This document shows, in pieces, positions 36,586 through 45,779 of a DNA stretch of 64,000 nt (the stretch's first letter is position 1; each line of letters begins with the position of its first letter). Source of the DNA: Patescibacteria group bacterium (GTDB lineage: Bacteria; Patescibacteriota; Patescibacteriia; UBA1558; UBA10009); NCBI GenBank assembly GCA_041662565.1, contig JBAZSE010000001.1, positions 129,084-193,083 of the forward strand, given 5' to 3'. The notes below the pieces were generated by a model that worked only from the letters and a program-made list of their open reading frames with translations, was not told the origin of the DNA and made no database searches. Position numbers and translations under genes: made by a program.

Positions 36586-38643
36586 ATGAATACCGTGATT
36601 TGTTTTAAATTCAAGCAGTAATTCCGGAAAGTCGCTGGCAATAATTTGAGCGGCTTTTTTTGTTTCTTCAATCAATTGCCAATCATTCCAGGAAGCGATT
36701 TTAAAGGGGTTTAACCAGCCGGATTGCTCTTGGCCGCTAATGTTGCCCATGCCTCTTTGTTTTAAATCTTCTTCAGCCAATTTAAAGCCGTCATAACAGC
36801 CAATTAGCGCGCCTAAACGGTTTAATGATTTTTCGTTATTACTGTTGGAAAATAACAAGCAATAGGATTGATGGGCGCTGCGGTTAACCCGTCCTCTAAA
36901 TTGATGCAATTGAGCCAAGCCAAATCGTTCAGCCGATTCAATAATAATCACGCTGGCATTGGGCACATTAACTCCGACTTCCACTACCGAAGTTGCCACC
37001 AAAATATCAATTTTGCCGTTAGCAAATTCGGCCATAACTTTGTCTTTTTCTTTGGCTTTAAGTTTGCCATGCAACAAACCGATTTTAAGCTGGGGAAAAA
37101 TTTCATCAGCTAAACGTTGGTATTCTTCGGTGGCCGCCTTAACGCCAAGTTTATCGGATTCTTCAATCAGCGGGCAAATGATAAAGGCCTGTCTGCCTTC
37201 TTTAACTTTTTCCAAAATAAATTCGTAAGCCTTATTCCTACCTGCTTGGTTAATCATTTTGGTAATGGGTTTTTTACGGTCCGGAGGCAATTCATTTAGC
37301 ACGCTTAAATCAAGGTCGCCGTATAAAGTTAAAGATAAGGTTCTGGGAATCGGAGTAGCTGTCATGGATAGCAAATGGGGGGTATATTGGGAATTAATGG
37401 ATTTTTCTTTAAGCCCTTTTCTTTGTTTAACACCAAAACGATGCTGTTCATCTATAATTACCAAACCAAGATTGGCAAACATCACAGCTTCTTGGAGCAG
37501 GGCTTGGGTGCCGATAACCAAATGAATTTCGCCCGATTGAATTGTTTTTAACAACTTGCTTTTGGTTAAATTAGAGATAGTTTCATCCTTGGTGTTATAA
37601 ACCTGGGCTTTGCTCCGGCTTAACAGAGCCACATTGCCGTTAATGGGTTTTAACAGTTCTTTCATGGTTAAAAAATGCTGATAAGCCAAAATTTCCGTAG
37701 GTGCCAGCATGGCGGTTTGTAAATTGTTTAGAGCAACATTGGCAATGGCCAAAGCCGCTACCACTGTTTTACCGCTGCCCACATCACCTTCCAGCAACCT
37801 GTTCATGGGTTTATCTTTGCTCATATCGATTAAAATCTGCCAAGCGCCCTTTTTTTGAGCAGTTGTTAATTGGAAATTCAAATTAGCCACCATGGCCTTG
37901 GTTTGATCTTCATTAAATTGAATTGGCAAGGCGCTGCTTTGCTGCCTTTCTTGCTTCATTAAAATATTTTGCAGTTGCAGTTGTAAAAGTTCATCAAATT
38001 TTAACCGTTTGGTTGCTTGTTGCAAATCATTTTGATTATTGGGAAAGTGAATGGCTTTTAAAGCGGGCGATAAATCCATTAAACCATAATTTGATTTGAT
38101 GGTTTTGGGCAGCCAATCGGCAACTTCATCAACAGCCATTAGGGCCTGTTTAATTAAAAACCGCAATTGTTTTGATGTTAACCCTTCGGTTAAAGAATAA
38201 ATCGGCACCAGCCGGCCGGTGTGCGTTTGTTCGCTTTGGGATTTTTCAAAAGCCGGGTTGATAAAATAGGTATTAAATAAATCGCCTTCAACTTTTCCGG
38301 CAAAAGTAACTTCATCCCCGTTTTTTAAGGTCTTGCCAATGTAGGGTTGCCTAAACCAAACTGCTTTAATGGAACCGGTATTATCGCTTAAAAAACATTC
38401 CGTAATCATCATCTTTTTTCGGGGCGATCTTTTGGTGGCTAAAAGTTCAATCTTTCCCTGGACCGTAGCTACCTCTCCTGCCGCCAGCTCATTAATTTTT
38501 TTTAGCCGGGAAAAATCATCATATCGAAAGGGAAAATAATTAAGCAAATCAAAAACGTTAAAAATCCCCAAGGTTTTTAAGCGTGAGGCCACGGTTTTGC
38601 CCACCTTGGTCAGTTCGGCTACCGGAGTATTAAGGTTAATCAT
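36577..38643 (-). CDS. recG: ATP-dependent DNA helicase RecG
   Basis: RLLEGDVGSGKT, APTEILA, DEQHRFG, MTATPIPR, QLHQFRGRV. Confidence 0.97.
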   Translation of the reverse strand: MINLNTPVAELTKVGKTVASRLKTLGIFNVFDLLNYFPFRYDDFSRLKKINELAAGEVATVQGKIELLATKRSPRKKMMITECFLSDNTGSIKAVWFRQPYIGKTLKNGDEVTFAGKVEGDLFNTYFINPAFEKSQSEQTHTGRLVPIYSLTEGLTSKQLRFLIKQALMAVDEVADWLPKTIKSNYGLMDLSPALKAIHFPNNQNDLQQATKRLKFDELLQLQLQNILMKQERQQSSALPIQFNEDQTKAMVANLNFQLTTAQKKGAWQILIDMSKDKPMNRLLEGDVGSGKTVVAALAIANVALNNLQTAMLAPTEILAYQHFLTMKELLKPINGNVALLSRSKAQVYNTKDETISNLTKSKLLKTIQSGEIHLVIGTQALLQEAVMFANLGLVIIDEQHRFGVKQRKGLKEKSINSQYTPHLLSMTATPIPRTLSLTLYGDLDLSVLNELPPDRKKPITKMINQAGRNKAYEFILEKVKEGRQAFIICPLIEESDKLGVKAATEEYQRLADEIFPQLKIGLLHGKLKAKEKDKVMAEFANGKIDILVATSVVEVGVNVPNASVIIIESAERFGLAQLHQFRGRVNRSAHQSYCLLFSNSNNEKSLNRLGALIGCYDGFKLAEEDLKQRGMGNISGQEQSGWLNPFKIASWNDWQLIEETKKAAQIIASDFPELLLEFKTNHGIHLE

Positions 38644-38704
38644 GGTTTGATTTTATCAGATTTTACTTATAAAAAATAGATGTTCACCCGATGCTTAGTT
38701 GATA

Positions 38705-38733
38705 TTGACAAATAGGCCAAACTGTAATAAAAT
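38705..38733 (+). promoter_or_regulatory. sigma70 promoter of tRNA-Leu
   Basis: TTGACA-17 nt-TAAAAT. Confidence 0.75.
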
Positions 38734-38758
38734 TCAAACCATCTTCCAGTATAAATGG

Positions 38759-38845
38759 GCCGAAGTGGCGGAATTGGTAGACGCGCACGACTCAAAATCG
38801 TGTGGGCTTACGCTCATGAGAGTTCGATTCTCTCCTTCGGCACCA
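38759..38845 (+). tRNA. tRNA-Leu(CAA)
   Basis: Acceptor GCCGAAG/CTTCGGC-A-CCA; anticodon arm CACGA-CTCAAAA-TCGTG; long variable arm; GTTCGATTC T-loop. Confidence 0.97.
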
Positions 38846-38920
38846 CGGGTCATCATTTGCTTCAGGTTCCGTTTTTTGAATGAAATTCAAAAACTTCACC
38901 TTCCGCAAATGTGCCCCTTT

Positions 38921-38956
38921 CAAAAATCCCTTTCGCTAAAGCTCAAGGGATTTTTG
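38921..38956 (+). terminator. Terminator hairpin after tRNA-Leu
   Basis: CAAAAATCCCTT...AAGGGATTTTTG followed by a T run. Confidence 0.7.
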
Positions 38957-38972
38957 TTTTGGTTATCTGTGA

Positions 38973-39001
38973 TTGAAAGTTTTTCAAAATTTCAGTATAA
39001 T
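38973..39001 (+). promoter_or_regulatory. sigma70 promoter of parAB
   Basis: TTGAAA-17 nt-TATAAT, 12 nt before ATG 39014. Confidence 0.65.
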
Positions 39002-39013
39002 AAGAGCATTAAT

Positions 39014-39787
39014 ATGGCAAGAATAATTTCTATTATCAATCAAAAGGGCGGAGTAGGTAAAACAACCACGGCTATTAATTTAGCCGCCTATTTGGCCGCT
39101 TACGGCAAAAAGGTTATGTTGATTGATATTGATCCTCAAGGCAATGCTTCTTCGGGTTTGGGAGTTGATTACCAAAATTTGGAAAAAGGCATTTATGAAG
39201 TAATGATGCATGATCCAATAACTTTTGAAGATGTTTTGGTTAAAACCAGAATTGATAATTTGCATTTGGCTCCCGCGAATTTGAATTTAGCCGGCGCTAA
39301 CGTGGAACTGGTAAATACCAGTCGGCGGGAATTTCGTTTAAGCGATAATTTACGATCCATTGCCGGCGATTATGATTTTATTTTAATCGATAATCCGCCC
39401 AGCTTGGGCCTACTAACCTTAAACGGCATGGTAGCGGCTGATGAGCTGTTAATCCCTGTCCAGTGCGAATATTTTGCCTTGGAAGGGCTTTCCCAGCTTT
39501 TGTACACCATTAATTTGATTCAAAACAATTTAAAGCCCAATTTAAATATTTTAGGGGCGGTTTTAACCATGTATGATGGCCGAAATGGCTTATCGGAAGC
39601 GGTCTTTAACGAACTTTATCAGCATTTTCCCAGGCGCATTTTTAGGTCCATTATTCCACGCAATGTTAGGTTGGCCGAAGCACCTTCTTACGGGCAAACA
39701 ATTTTGGAATATGATCCCGCCGGCAAGGGAGCTCGTGCTTATGAAAGATTAGCCAGGGAAGTGATTTTATCAAAAGGTAATTTATAA
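39014..39787 (+). CDS. parA: Chromosome partitioning ATPase ParA/Soj
   Basis: MARIISIINQKGGVGKTTT, DIDPQGNA, IPVQCEYFALEG, IPRNVRLAEAPS. The ORF-track start at 38699 overlaps the tRNA and is wrong. Confidence 0.96.
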   Translation: MARIISIINQKGGVGKTTTAINLAAYLAAYGKKVMLIDIDPQGNASSGLGVDYQNLEKGIYEVMMHDPITFEDVLVKTRIDNLHLAPANLNLAGANVELVNTSRREFRLSDNLRSIAGDYDFILIDNPPSLGLLTLNGMVAADELLIPVQCEYFALEGLSQLLYTINLIQNNLKPNLNILGAVLTMYDGRNGLSEAVFNELYQHFPRRIFRSIIPRNVRLAEAPSYGQTILEYDPAGKGARAYERLAREVILSKGNL

Positions 39788-39791
39788 TTTT

Positions 39792-40670
39792 ATGCAAAAA
39801 GGCGGACTGGGAAGGGGGCTTAATTCCCTTATTCCCAATAAATTAATCGCAGAAAATGTTTCAGCCCAAACTTTAGAGCAAGCTTTTGATTTGGACGAAA
39901 GAGTTAGGCAAGTAAAGCTTGCAGATATTACAGCCAATCCTTGGCAGCCACGCAAGCATTTTGATTACGGCGAGCTGGAAGATTTGGTTAATTCCATAAA
40001 AAAACACGGCATTCTTCAGCCATTGATTGTGATTGGTGCTGGCGAGGGAAAGTATCAACTAATTGCCGGAGAACGCCGTTTTAGAGCCGCTCAAATTTTG
40101 GAATTAGCCACTGTGCCTTGTTTAGTGCGCGAAGCTGAAAAGCTGGAGCAGTTAGAACTGGCCTTGGTGGAAAATTTACAACGAGCCGATCTTAACCCAA
40201 TAGAAGAAGCCAGGGCGTACCAGCAACTGATTGATGAATTTAATTTGACTCAAGAAGAAGTTGGCCAAAAGGTGGCCAAAAAAAGAGCCACGATTGCCAA
40301 TAGTTTGCGCTTGTTGGAACTGCCTGCCGAAATTCAAGATGCTTTAAGTGAAAAAAAGTTTTCACCCGGACATGCTAAAATTATTTTGTCGGCTGCAAGT
40401 GCTCCGGAACGCCTAAGATTATTCAAGAAAATTTTAGAATTTAATTTAACCGTCAGGCAAGCCGAGGGCGAAGTAAAAAAAATATCTGTTAGGTCGCACA
40501 ATCGTGTGAGCGGTAAATCATTGGATATCCAGGATAAAGAAGATGCCTTAAGAAAGGCCTTGGGCACCAAAGTGGCCATTAATCAAAAAGGCAACGGCGG
40601 AACCGTTACCTTGGAATATTATTCGGCTGAAGAATTAAATGCCTTAGTGGCCAAGTTGAGCGGGGATTAA
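39792..40670 (+). CDS. parB: Chromosome partitioning protein ParB/Spo0J
   Basis: GLGRGL, NPWQPRK, GILQP, IAGERRFRA, ENLQRADLNPIEEA, HTH. Confidence 0.96.
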   Translation: MQKGGLGRGLNSLIPNKLIAENVSAQTLEQAFDLDERVRQVKLADITANPWQPRKHFDYGELEDLVNSIKKHGILQPLIVIGAGEGKYQLIAGERRFRAAQILELATVPCLVREAEKLEQLELALVENLQRADLNPIEEARAYQQLIDEFNLTQEEVGQKVAKKRATIANSLRLLELPAEIQDALSEKKFSPGHAKIILSAASAPERLRLFKKILEFNLTVRQAEGEVKKISVRSHNRVSGKSLDIQDKEDALRKALGTKVAINQKGNGGTVTLEYYSAEELNALVAKLSGD

Positions 40671-40686
40671 ACCTGTACTTTTGCCA

Positions 40687-42159
40687 TTAATTATTTTTGG
40701 AATTAAGCAGCTTACTGATTTTACCTTGTTGTTTTTGCCTTAAAGATTGCCGGATTTTATCTTTAGCCAAGTTGGTTTTAACAAAATTAAGCCAATCTTC
40801 ATTGGGCGTTACCCGGCTTTTATTAATGATAATTTCCACCACATCGCCGCTTTTTAGCTTGGTGTGCAAAGGGGCAATTTGTTCGTTAACAATGGCGCCC
40901 GAACACTTGTCGCCGATATCGGTGTGGATATGGTAAGCAAAATCAACAGCCGTGGCGTTTTCGGGCAAATCAATAACATCGCCTTTAGGGGTAAAAACAA
41001 AAATCCTGTTTTGGAAAATATCCACTTTAACTTCGGCTAAATAAGAATCGTTATCAGCGATTTTTTTTTGAACCTCCAACAGTTTTTTAAGCCATTCGGT
41101 TTTTTCTTTGGTTAGCTTTTTATTATCCAGTTCTTTATAGTGCCAATGAGCGGCCACACCGTATTCTGCCAATTCATGCATTTCTTGATCTCTAATTTGA
41201 AATTCAATGATTTTGCCTTTTTCGGCAAAAACCGTGGTATGTAAAGATTGGTAGCCGTTGGGCTTGGGTTGGGCAATGTAATCTTTAATCCGGCCTTTTA
41301 AGGGCACCCATTGCTTATGGATGATGCCCAAAACGCGATAGCAATCGGCAACGCTTTTGGTAATTACTCTGACGGCGATTAGATCGTAAATTTTATTGAT
41401 ATCCTGATCTTTTTCCAGAAGTTTTTTATAAAGGGAAAAAAGGTGTTTAACCCGGCCATGAAGGGAATTAATGGCAATATTATTTTCCAGCAGTTTTTTT
41501 TGCAAAATCCTTTTGATTTTTTCAATGTATTTTTTTTCAATTTTAAGGCGGTTTTGTGAGGCATTAATGACCCAGGCGTATTCTTTGGGCATAGCATAGG
41601 GAAAAGCCAAATCTTCCAGCGTGCCGCGCATTTCACCCATACCCAAACGATTGGCAATGGGCGCGTAAATTTCTAGGGTTTCCAAAGCCACTCTTTTTCT
41701 TTTATCCGGCCTTAATGAACTTAATGTTTGCAAATTATTTAAACGGTCGCAAAATTTAATGATGATAATCCTGATATCTTCGGCCATGGCAATAAACATC
41801 CGGCGCAAATTTTCGGCATATCTTTCCAAGCCGCGGTATTTTAAAGTGCCCAACTTGGTAATGCCTTCAACCAATTTAGCCACTTCTTTGCCGAATTTTT
41901 TTTTGATATCTTCCAAAGTAAAACTGGTATCTTCGGGCACATCATGAAGCATGCCGGCAATAAGCGTCGGCATATCCATTTTAAATGATGCCAGGTTATA
42001 AGCGGTAGCCAAACAATGCTGGATATAATCCTCGCCGGAAAGCCGTTTTTGGCCGGCATGGGCAATGGCGGCGAATTCGTGGGCTTCCCGCAGAGCTTTT
42101 TCGTCCAGCAAGGGATTATATTCCCTAACTTTATTGATAATGTCTTCTATGGTTATCAT
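40687..42159 (-). CDS. rel: RelA/SpoT (p)ppGpp synthetase/hydrolase (HD, SYN and TGS domains; no ACT)
   Basis: LHDVPEDT, KFCDRLNN, KDYIAQPKPNGYQSLHT, EFQIR, FVFTPKGD TGS domain. Confidence 0.93.
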   Translation of the reverse strand: MITIEDIINKVREYNPLLDEKALREAHEFAAIAHAGQKRLSGEDYIQHCLATAYNLASFKMDMPTLIAGMLHDVPEDTSFTLEDIKKKFGKEVAKLVEGITKLGTLKYRGLERYAENLRRMFIAMAEDIRIIIIKFCDRLNNLQTLSSLRPDKRKRVALETLEIYAPIANRLGMGEMRGTLEDLAFPYAMPKEYAWVINASQNRLKIEKKYIEKIKRILQKKLLENNIAINSLHGRVKHLFSLYKKLLEKDQDINKIYDLIAVRVITKSVADCYRVLGIIHKQWVPLKGRIKDYIAQPKPNGYQSLHTTVFAEKGKIIEFQIRDQEMHELAEYGVAAHWHYKELDNKKLTKEKTEWLKKLLEVQKKIADNDSYLAEVKVDIFQNRIFVFTPKGDVIDLPENATAVDFAYHIHTDIGDKCSGAIVNEQIAPLHTKLKSGDVVEIIINKSRVTPNEDWLNFVKTNLAKDKIRQSLRQKQQGKISKLLNSKNN

Positions 42160-42204
42160 ATGTTAAATAATACAGTTATTGTAATTATAAAAGCGATTCT
42201 AGTC

Positions 42205-42277
42205 AAACCAAGAAAACAAAAAAATCAAGAAACAAATTTATCATCAATCGTTTTCTTGATTTATTGATTTTTTGGTA
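42205..42277. repeat. Short-period A-rich tandem/inverted repeat, possibly terminator
   Basis: ACCAAGAAA, AATCAAGAAA units opposed by TTTCTTGATT, TTTTTGGT. Confidence 0.5.
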
Positions 42278-43540
42278 TTAAACGCTATTTCGTTTTTTAA
42301 GAATTTGTTCTTCGCTGATCCAATGGGTTCTAAGTTCTCCGGCCAAAAAAAAGGAGCCGGTAATAATCAAGCAATCGGTCGGCTTGATTTTTTTGAGTGC
42401 GGTATTTAAAGCTTGCCAAGGATCGGTATGGGTAGAAATTTTAATTTGTTTGCTAGAATCCAATTGCTTGGCTGTATCCTGTAAAATTTTTAGATCAGTT
42501 GATTTGCGGCTGGGCAATAAAAATCTGGTGAAGAGTAAATTTTTAGCCAAAGGGATAATTTCTTTAAGGGAATTTTTACAAGCTTTATCCTGGGCCAGGC
42601 CAAAAATTACCCAGCATTTTTTTGGGTAAAGCGCTTGAATTTTTTCCCGCAAAAATTTTAACTTGGCCGGATTGTGCGATCCATCAACAATAACTAAGGG
42701 TTTGGTTTGCAAAATTTCCACTCTGGCCGGCAATCTAAGTTGAGCCAATCCTTGTTTAATAAATTTCTCTTGAATTTTTAAATAATTGGCAATGCTGATG
42801 GCCAAATTTTCATCAGGCAGTTTTTGGGGCAAAACGGCCTTAAAGGGCACGTTTAATTTTTGGCATTTTTGGGCCAAAAGGCCGTTTATTTTTTTATTAT
42901 TTTCGGTTGTAAAAAATACCGCGCCCTTTTTAATAATACCCGCTTTATCCAAGGCAATTTTGGTTAAAGTTCTGCCTAAAATTTCCTGATGATCGTAACC
43001 GATGTTGGTAATGGCGCAAACCAATGGGTGTTTAACAATATTGGTAGCATCGTGCTTGCCGCCCAAACCGGCCTCTAAAATAACATAACGGCAACGTTGT
43101 TTTTTAAAATATAAAAAAGCCATGGCCAGCAAGGTTTCAAAATATGAGGGTTGGCCGTAGGGCGAAACCAAAGCCGCTTGGTTTAAATAAGGTTTAATTT
43201 GATCGGTTAAATCAACCAGTTCAGCGGGCGCGATGTATTTTTGATTCACTTTGATTCTTTCAATAGTGGTAGTGGTATGCGGCGAATAGTAAGAACCCAC
43301 TTTAAATCCGGCGGCCAATAACATTTGGTGCAACAAATGAGTGGTAGTGCCTTTGCCGGCTGTTCCGGCTATGTGAATGATCTTGTAAGATTTTTCGGGA
43401 TGGTTAAGTTTTTCCAACAGCCAGTTTAATCTTTTTAAATAAAAAGAGCGGCCTTTGGTTTGGCCTAAATAATCCCTGATTGGCAAATTAAAAAGCGATT
43501 CTAAAAATTTAACCGCTTGCTGGTATTTAGTAAAATCCAT
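42278..43540 (-). CDS. folC: Folylpolyglutamate synthase/dihydrofolate synthase family (Mur ligase fold)
   Basis: IHIAGTAGKGT, SPH..ERI, SYFE, LEAGLGGKHDATN, IGYDH...LG, DGSHN, TGSFFLAG. Confidence 0.9.
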   Translation of the reverse strand: MDFTKYQQAVKFLESLFNLPIRDYLGQTKGRSFYLKRLNWLLEKLNHPEKSYKIIHIAGTAGKGTTTHLLHQMLLAAGFKVGSYYSPHTTTTIERIKVNQKYIAPAELVDLTDQIKPYLNQAALVSPYGQPSYFETLLAMAFLYFKKQRCRYVILEAGLGGKHDATNIVKHPLVCAITNIGYDHQEILGRTLTKIALDKAGIIKKGAVFFTTENNKKINGLLAQKCQKLNVPFKAVLPQKLPDENLAISIANYLKIQEKFIKQGLAQLRLPARVEILQTKPLVIVDGSHNPAKLKFLREKIQALYPKKCWVIFGLAQDKACKNSLKEIIPLAKNLLFTRFLLPSRKSTDLKILQDTAKQLDSSKQIKISTHTDPWQALNTALKKIKPTDCLIITGSFFLAGELRTHWISEEQILKKRNSV

Positions 43541-43555
43541 CGTTGTTAAATATTT

Positions 43556-44188
43556 TTAAGAAGCGATTTTTTCCTTGCCCCTTAATAATTTAATGCCTAA
43601 GTAACTTAATGGGGTATAAAGCACGCCCATACCGAATTTAAACAACCACCAGGGAATAACCATTAAGATAATGGTTTTAACAGGGTAAACTCCGGCAAAA
43701 GCAATGGTAAACCAAATGGCGCTATCCAACAGCTGGCCCCATAAATTAGACAAGTTGGATCTAAGCCAAAAATATTTTCCGCCAAGTTTGGCTTTTAAGA
43801 AAAAGAAAGAAAATACATCTTGGTATTCGCCAATAATAAATGCCACCAACGAAGCCAGAGCAAACCTAAACGATAAGCTGAAAATTTGGTTATAAGCCTC
43901 TGCTTGGTAAAAATCCGGCGAGGCCGGCATAACATTGCCGATTAAATTAAAGAACAAATAAACTATCAAGCTAAATAGCCCCATGGACACGAATTTTTTA
44001 GCCATAATTTTGCCGTAAACTTCACCAATCACATCGGTCATTAAAAAAACAATGGGAAAGGCAAAAATGGCCGCCGAAAGGTGCGTGCCAAAAATAAAGG
44101 GCATGAGCTTGATGCCTATGGTATTGGAGGCAAAAAGGGCGGTTAAGTAAAGAGTTAAAGCAATAAAGATTTTTTTATCCGTCAGCAT
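43556..44188 (-). CDS. yhhQ: Queuosine-precursor transporter (VUT/YhhQ family)
   Basis: SN...K, FPIVFLMTDVIGEVYG, WLRSNLSNLWGQLLDS..F..IAF. Confidence 0.85.
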   Translation of the reverse strand: MLTDKKIFIALTLYLTALFASNTIGIKLMPFIFGTHLSAAIFAFPIVFLMTDVIGEVYGKIMAKKFVSMGLFSLIVYLFFNLIGNVMPASPDFYQAEAYNQIFSLSFRFALASLVAFIIGEYQDVFSFFFLKAKLGGKYFWLRSNLSNLWGQLLDSAIWFTIAFAGVYPVKTIILMVIPWWLFKFGMGVLYTPLSYLGIKLLRGKEKIAS

Positions 44189-44219
44189 GATTTTTTATGT
44201 TAATATTGATTTATTGGGT

Positions 44220-44342
44220 AATTTCAGGTAAAAAATTATTTTTACTTGCTCATATAACTCGCTTGCCCGATTGCGCCTACGGCTTATCGGGCTGCACTCA
44301 AACAGATATTCGCTTCGTTAAAATATTTTTTTACCTGAAATT
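44220..44342. repeat. REP/MITE-like element with 16-bp terminal inverted repeats
   Basis: AATTTCAGGTAAAAAA...TTTTTTACCTGAAATT; inner GCCCGAT/ATCGGGC hairpin. Confidence 0.7.
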
Positions 44343-44350
44343 GTGATGAT

Positions 44351-45445
44351 TTATATTTTGATGTAAATTTGGCCACCAAGGTTTTTTATTAGGCCTTTAA
44401 TCTCCAGTTGGATTAGCAAACCATTAACTAAAGATGTCTCTAGATTACAGTTTTCTATGATTTTGTCAATGTGGATAGGGCTAAAGCTTAAAAGTTGATA
44501 AATTATTTTTTCCTCTTGATTAAGGCCAATTACGGTTTTTTCTAAGATTGGATTTTGTTCTAAGCAAGGAGCGGTTAAATTAAAAAGTTCCAAAATATCA
44601 TTAGCGCCAGTAACCACTTTGGCACCGTTTTTAATTAAATTATTAACGCCAACCGAATTTGGGGTATTGATGTTTTGAGGCACCACCAAAACCTCCCTAT
44701 TTTGCTCCAAAGACGAGCTGGCTGTTATTAAAGCGCCGGATTTTTGGGCCGCTTCAATAATTAACGATGCTTTAGCAAGGCCTGAAATAATCCTATTGCG
44801 TCGGGGAAAACTATAAGGCATTGCAACAGAGGCGGGCGGGTTTTCGGAAATTAATAAACCTCCTTGTTCCAAAATTTTTTTTGCTAAATTAACATTAGCT
44901 TGGGGATACAAATATTCCCAAGACAGACCAGAGCCAACTACGGCAATGGTTTGTCCTCCATTAGCTAAAGCCAACTGATGAGCCAACTGATCAACCCCAA
45001 ATGCCAGGCCGGAAATAATAACCACGCCCTGGGTTATGGCTGGTGCTAAAATATTCGGCATAATGGCCGTGGCATAGTTAGAAATTTTTCTAGAACCCAC
45101 AACCGCCAAGGTTAAAGGATTATTGGTCAGTTTAAGATTGCCTCTGTAATAAAAAAGCACCGGAGGATCAAAAATCTCTTTTAGCAATGGCGGATAATCA
45201 GCTTCAAAAACAGAACAAACGGCAATTCCTTGATCAACTATTTTTTTAACCTCTAAATCCGGATCAAGATTTTTTTTGGCGTTAAGTAGTAGGGTAATAA
45301 TTTTATCAGGCACGCTTTTATTTTTTAAATCTAAAAAAGAGGCCGAATACAAAATTTCCGACGAGCCAAAAAGATCAATTAGTTTTTTAAGAGTAGCAGG
45401 GCCAAGGCCGTCTACCTGGCTTAACGCCAAAAGATATTTGTCCAT
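44351..45445 (-). CDS. dprA: DNA-processing protein DprA
   Basis: YPPLLKEIFDPP, AVVGSR, ISGLAFGVDQLAH, FPRRNRIISGL, EAAQKSGALITA, C-terminal winged helix. Confidence 0.96.
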   Translation of the reverse strand: MDKYLLALSQVDGLGPATLKKLIDLFGSSEILYSASFLDLKNKSVPDKIITLLLNAKKNLDPDLEVKKIVDQGIAVCSVFEADYPPLLKEIFDPPVLFYYRGNLKLTNNPLTLAVVGSRKISNYATAIMPNILAPAITQGVVIISGLAFGVDQLAHQLALANGGQTIAVVGSGLSWEYLYPQANVNLAKKILEQGGLLISENPPASVAMPYSFPRRNRIISGLAKASLIIEAAQKSGALITASSSLEQNREVLVVPQNINTPNSVGVNNLIKNGAKVVTGANDILELFNLTAPCLEQNPILEKTVIGLNQEEKIIYQLLSFSPIHIDKIIENCNLETSLVNGLLIQLEIKGLIKNLGGQIYIKI

Positions 45446-45506
45446 AAATCGCTTTTCAGTTGATTATGCGACAATCTTAATTTATTTATTTCTTGCAGTC
45501 AAGGTC

Positions 45507-45534
45507 TTGACAGCTGGCTAATTTTTGTTAAGAT
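45507..45534 (+). promoter_or_regulatory. sigma70 promoter facing a region with no ORF
   Basis: TTGACA-16 nt-TAAGAT with extended TGn. Confidence 0.6.
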
Positions 45535-45540
45535 GGAGTA

Positions 45541-45751
45541 TCGTAATTTGCCTATTTGTGGGGCTAAATCGAGCAAATTAAGCTTAAGCTTCTATTTGCC
45601 AGCGGCCAAACCCCGGGTTGCCCTCCTAGCCCTGGGGCTGTAGCCACCAAGTTAAGTTCTAAGCCCTTGTGGCTTTAGTGCTTACGCTGGCAGGTAGTAT
45701 CTTGCGCTAAATTAAAATAAAAGAAACCGAGCTCGCTCGGTTTCTTTTATT
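45541..45751 (+). ncRNA. Candidate structured non-coding RNA, family unassigned
   Basis: Promoter upstream, terminator downstream; 13-bp stem 45592-45604/45685-45697 closes two inner hairpins; 5' hairpin TAATTTGC/GCAAATTA. Confidence 0.6.
45716..45751. terminator. Bidirectional intrinsic terminator
   Basis: Perfect 16-bp inverted repeat AATAAAAGAAACCGAG-ctcg-CTCGGTTTCTTTTATT. Confidence 0.85.
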
Positions 45752-45779
45752 GTTGCAATCAAGCGCCTTAATCTACAAA

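Noticed and set aside
38699-39013. N-terminal extension of ParA in the ORF track
   Set aside because: Overlaps tRNA-Leu, its promoter and terminator; ParA homology starts at ATG 39014.
38846-40690. parS site, replication origin or tRNA-integrated island
   Set aside because: No TGTTTCACGTGAAACA-like palindrome, DnaA-box cluster, integrase or duplicated tRNA-Leu 3' end noticed.
44189-44350. preQ1 riboswitch upstream of yhhQ
   Set aside because: No recognisable preQ1-I stem-loop plus A-rich tail consensus on the minus strand.
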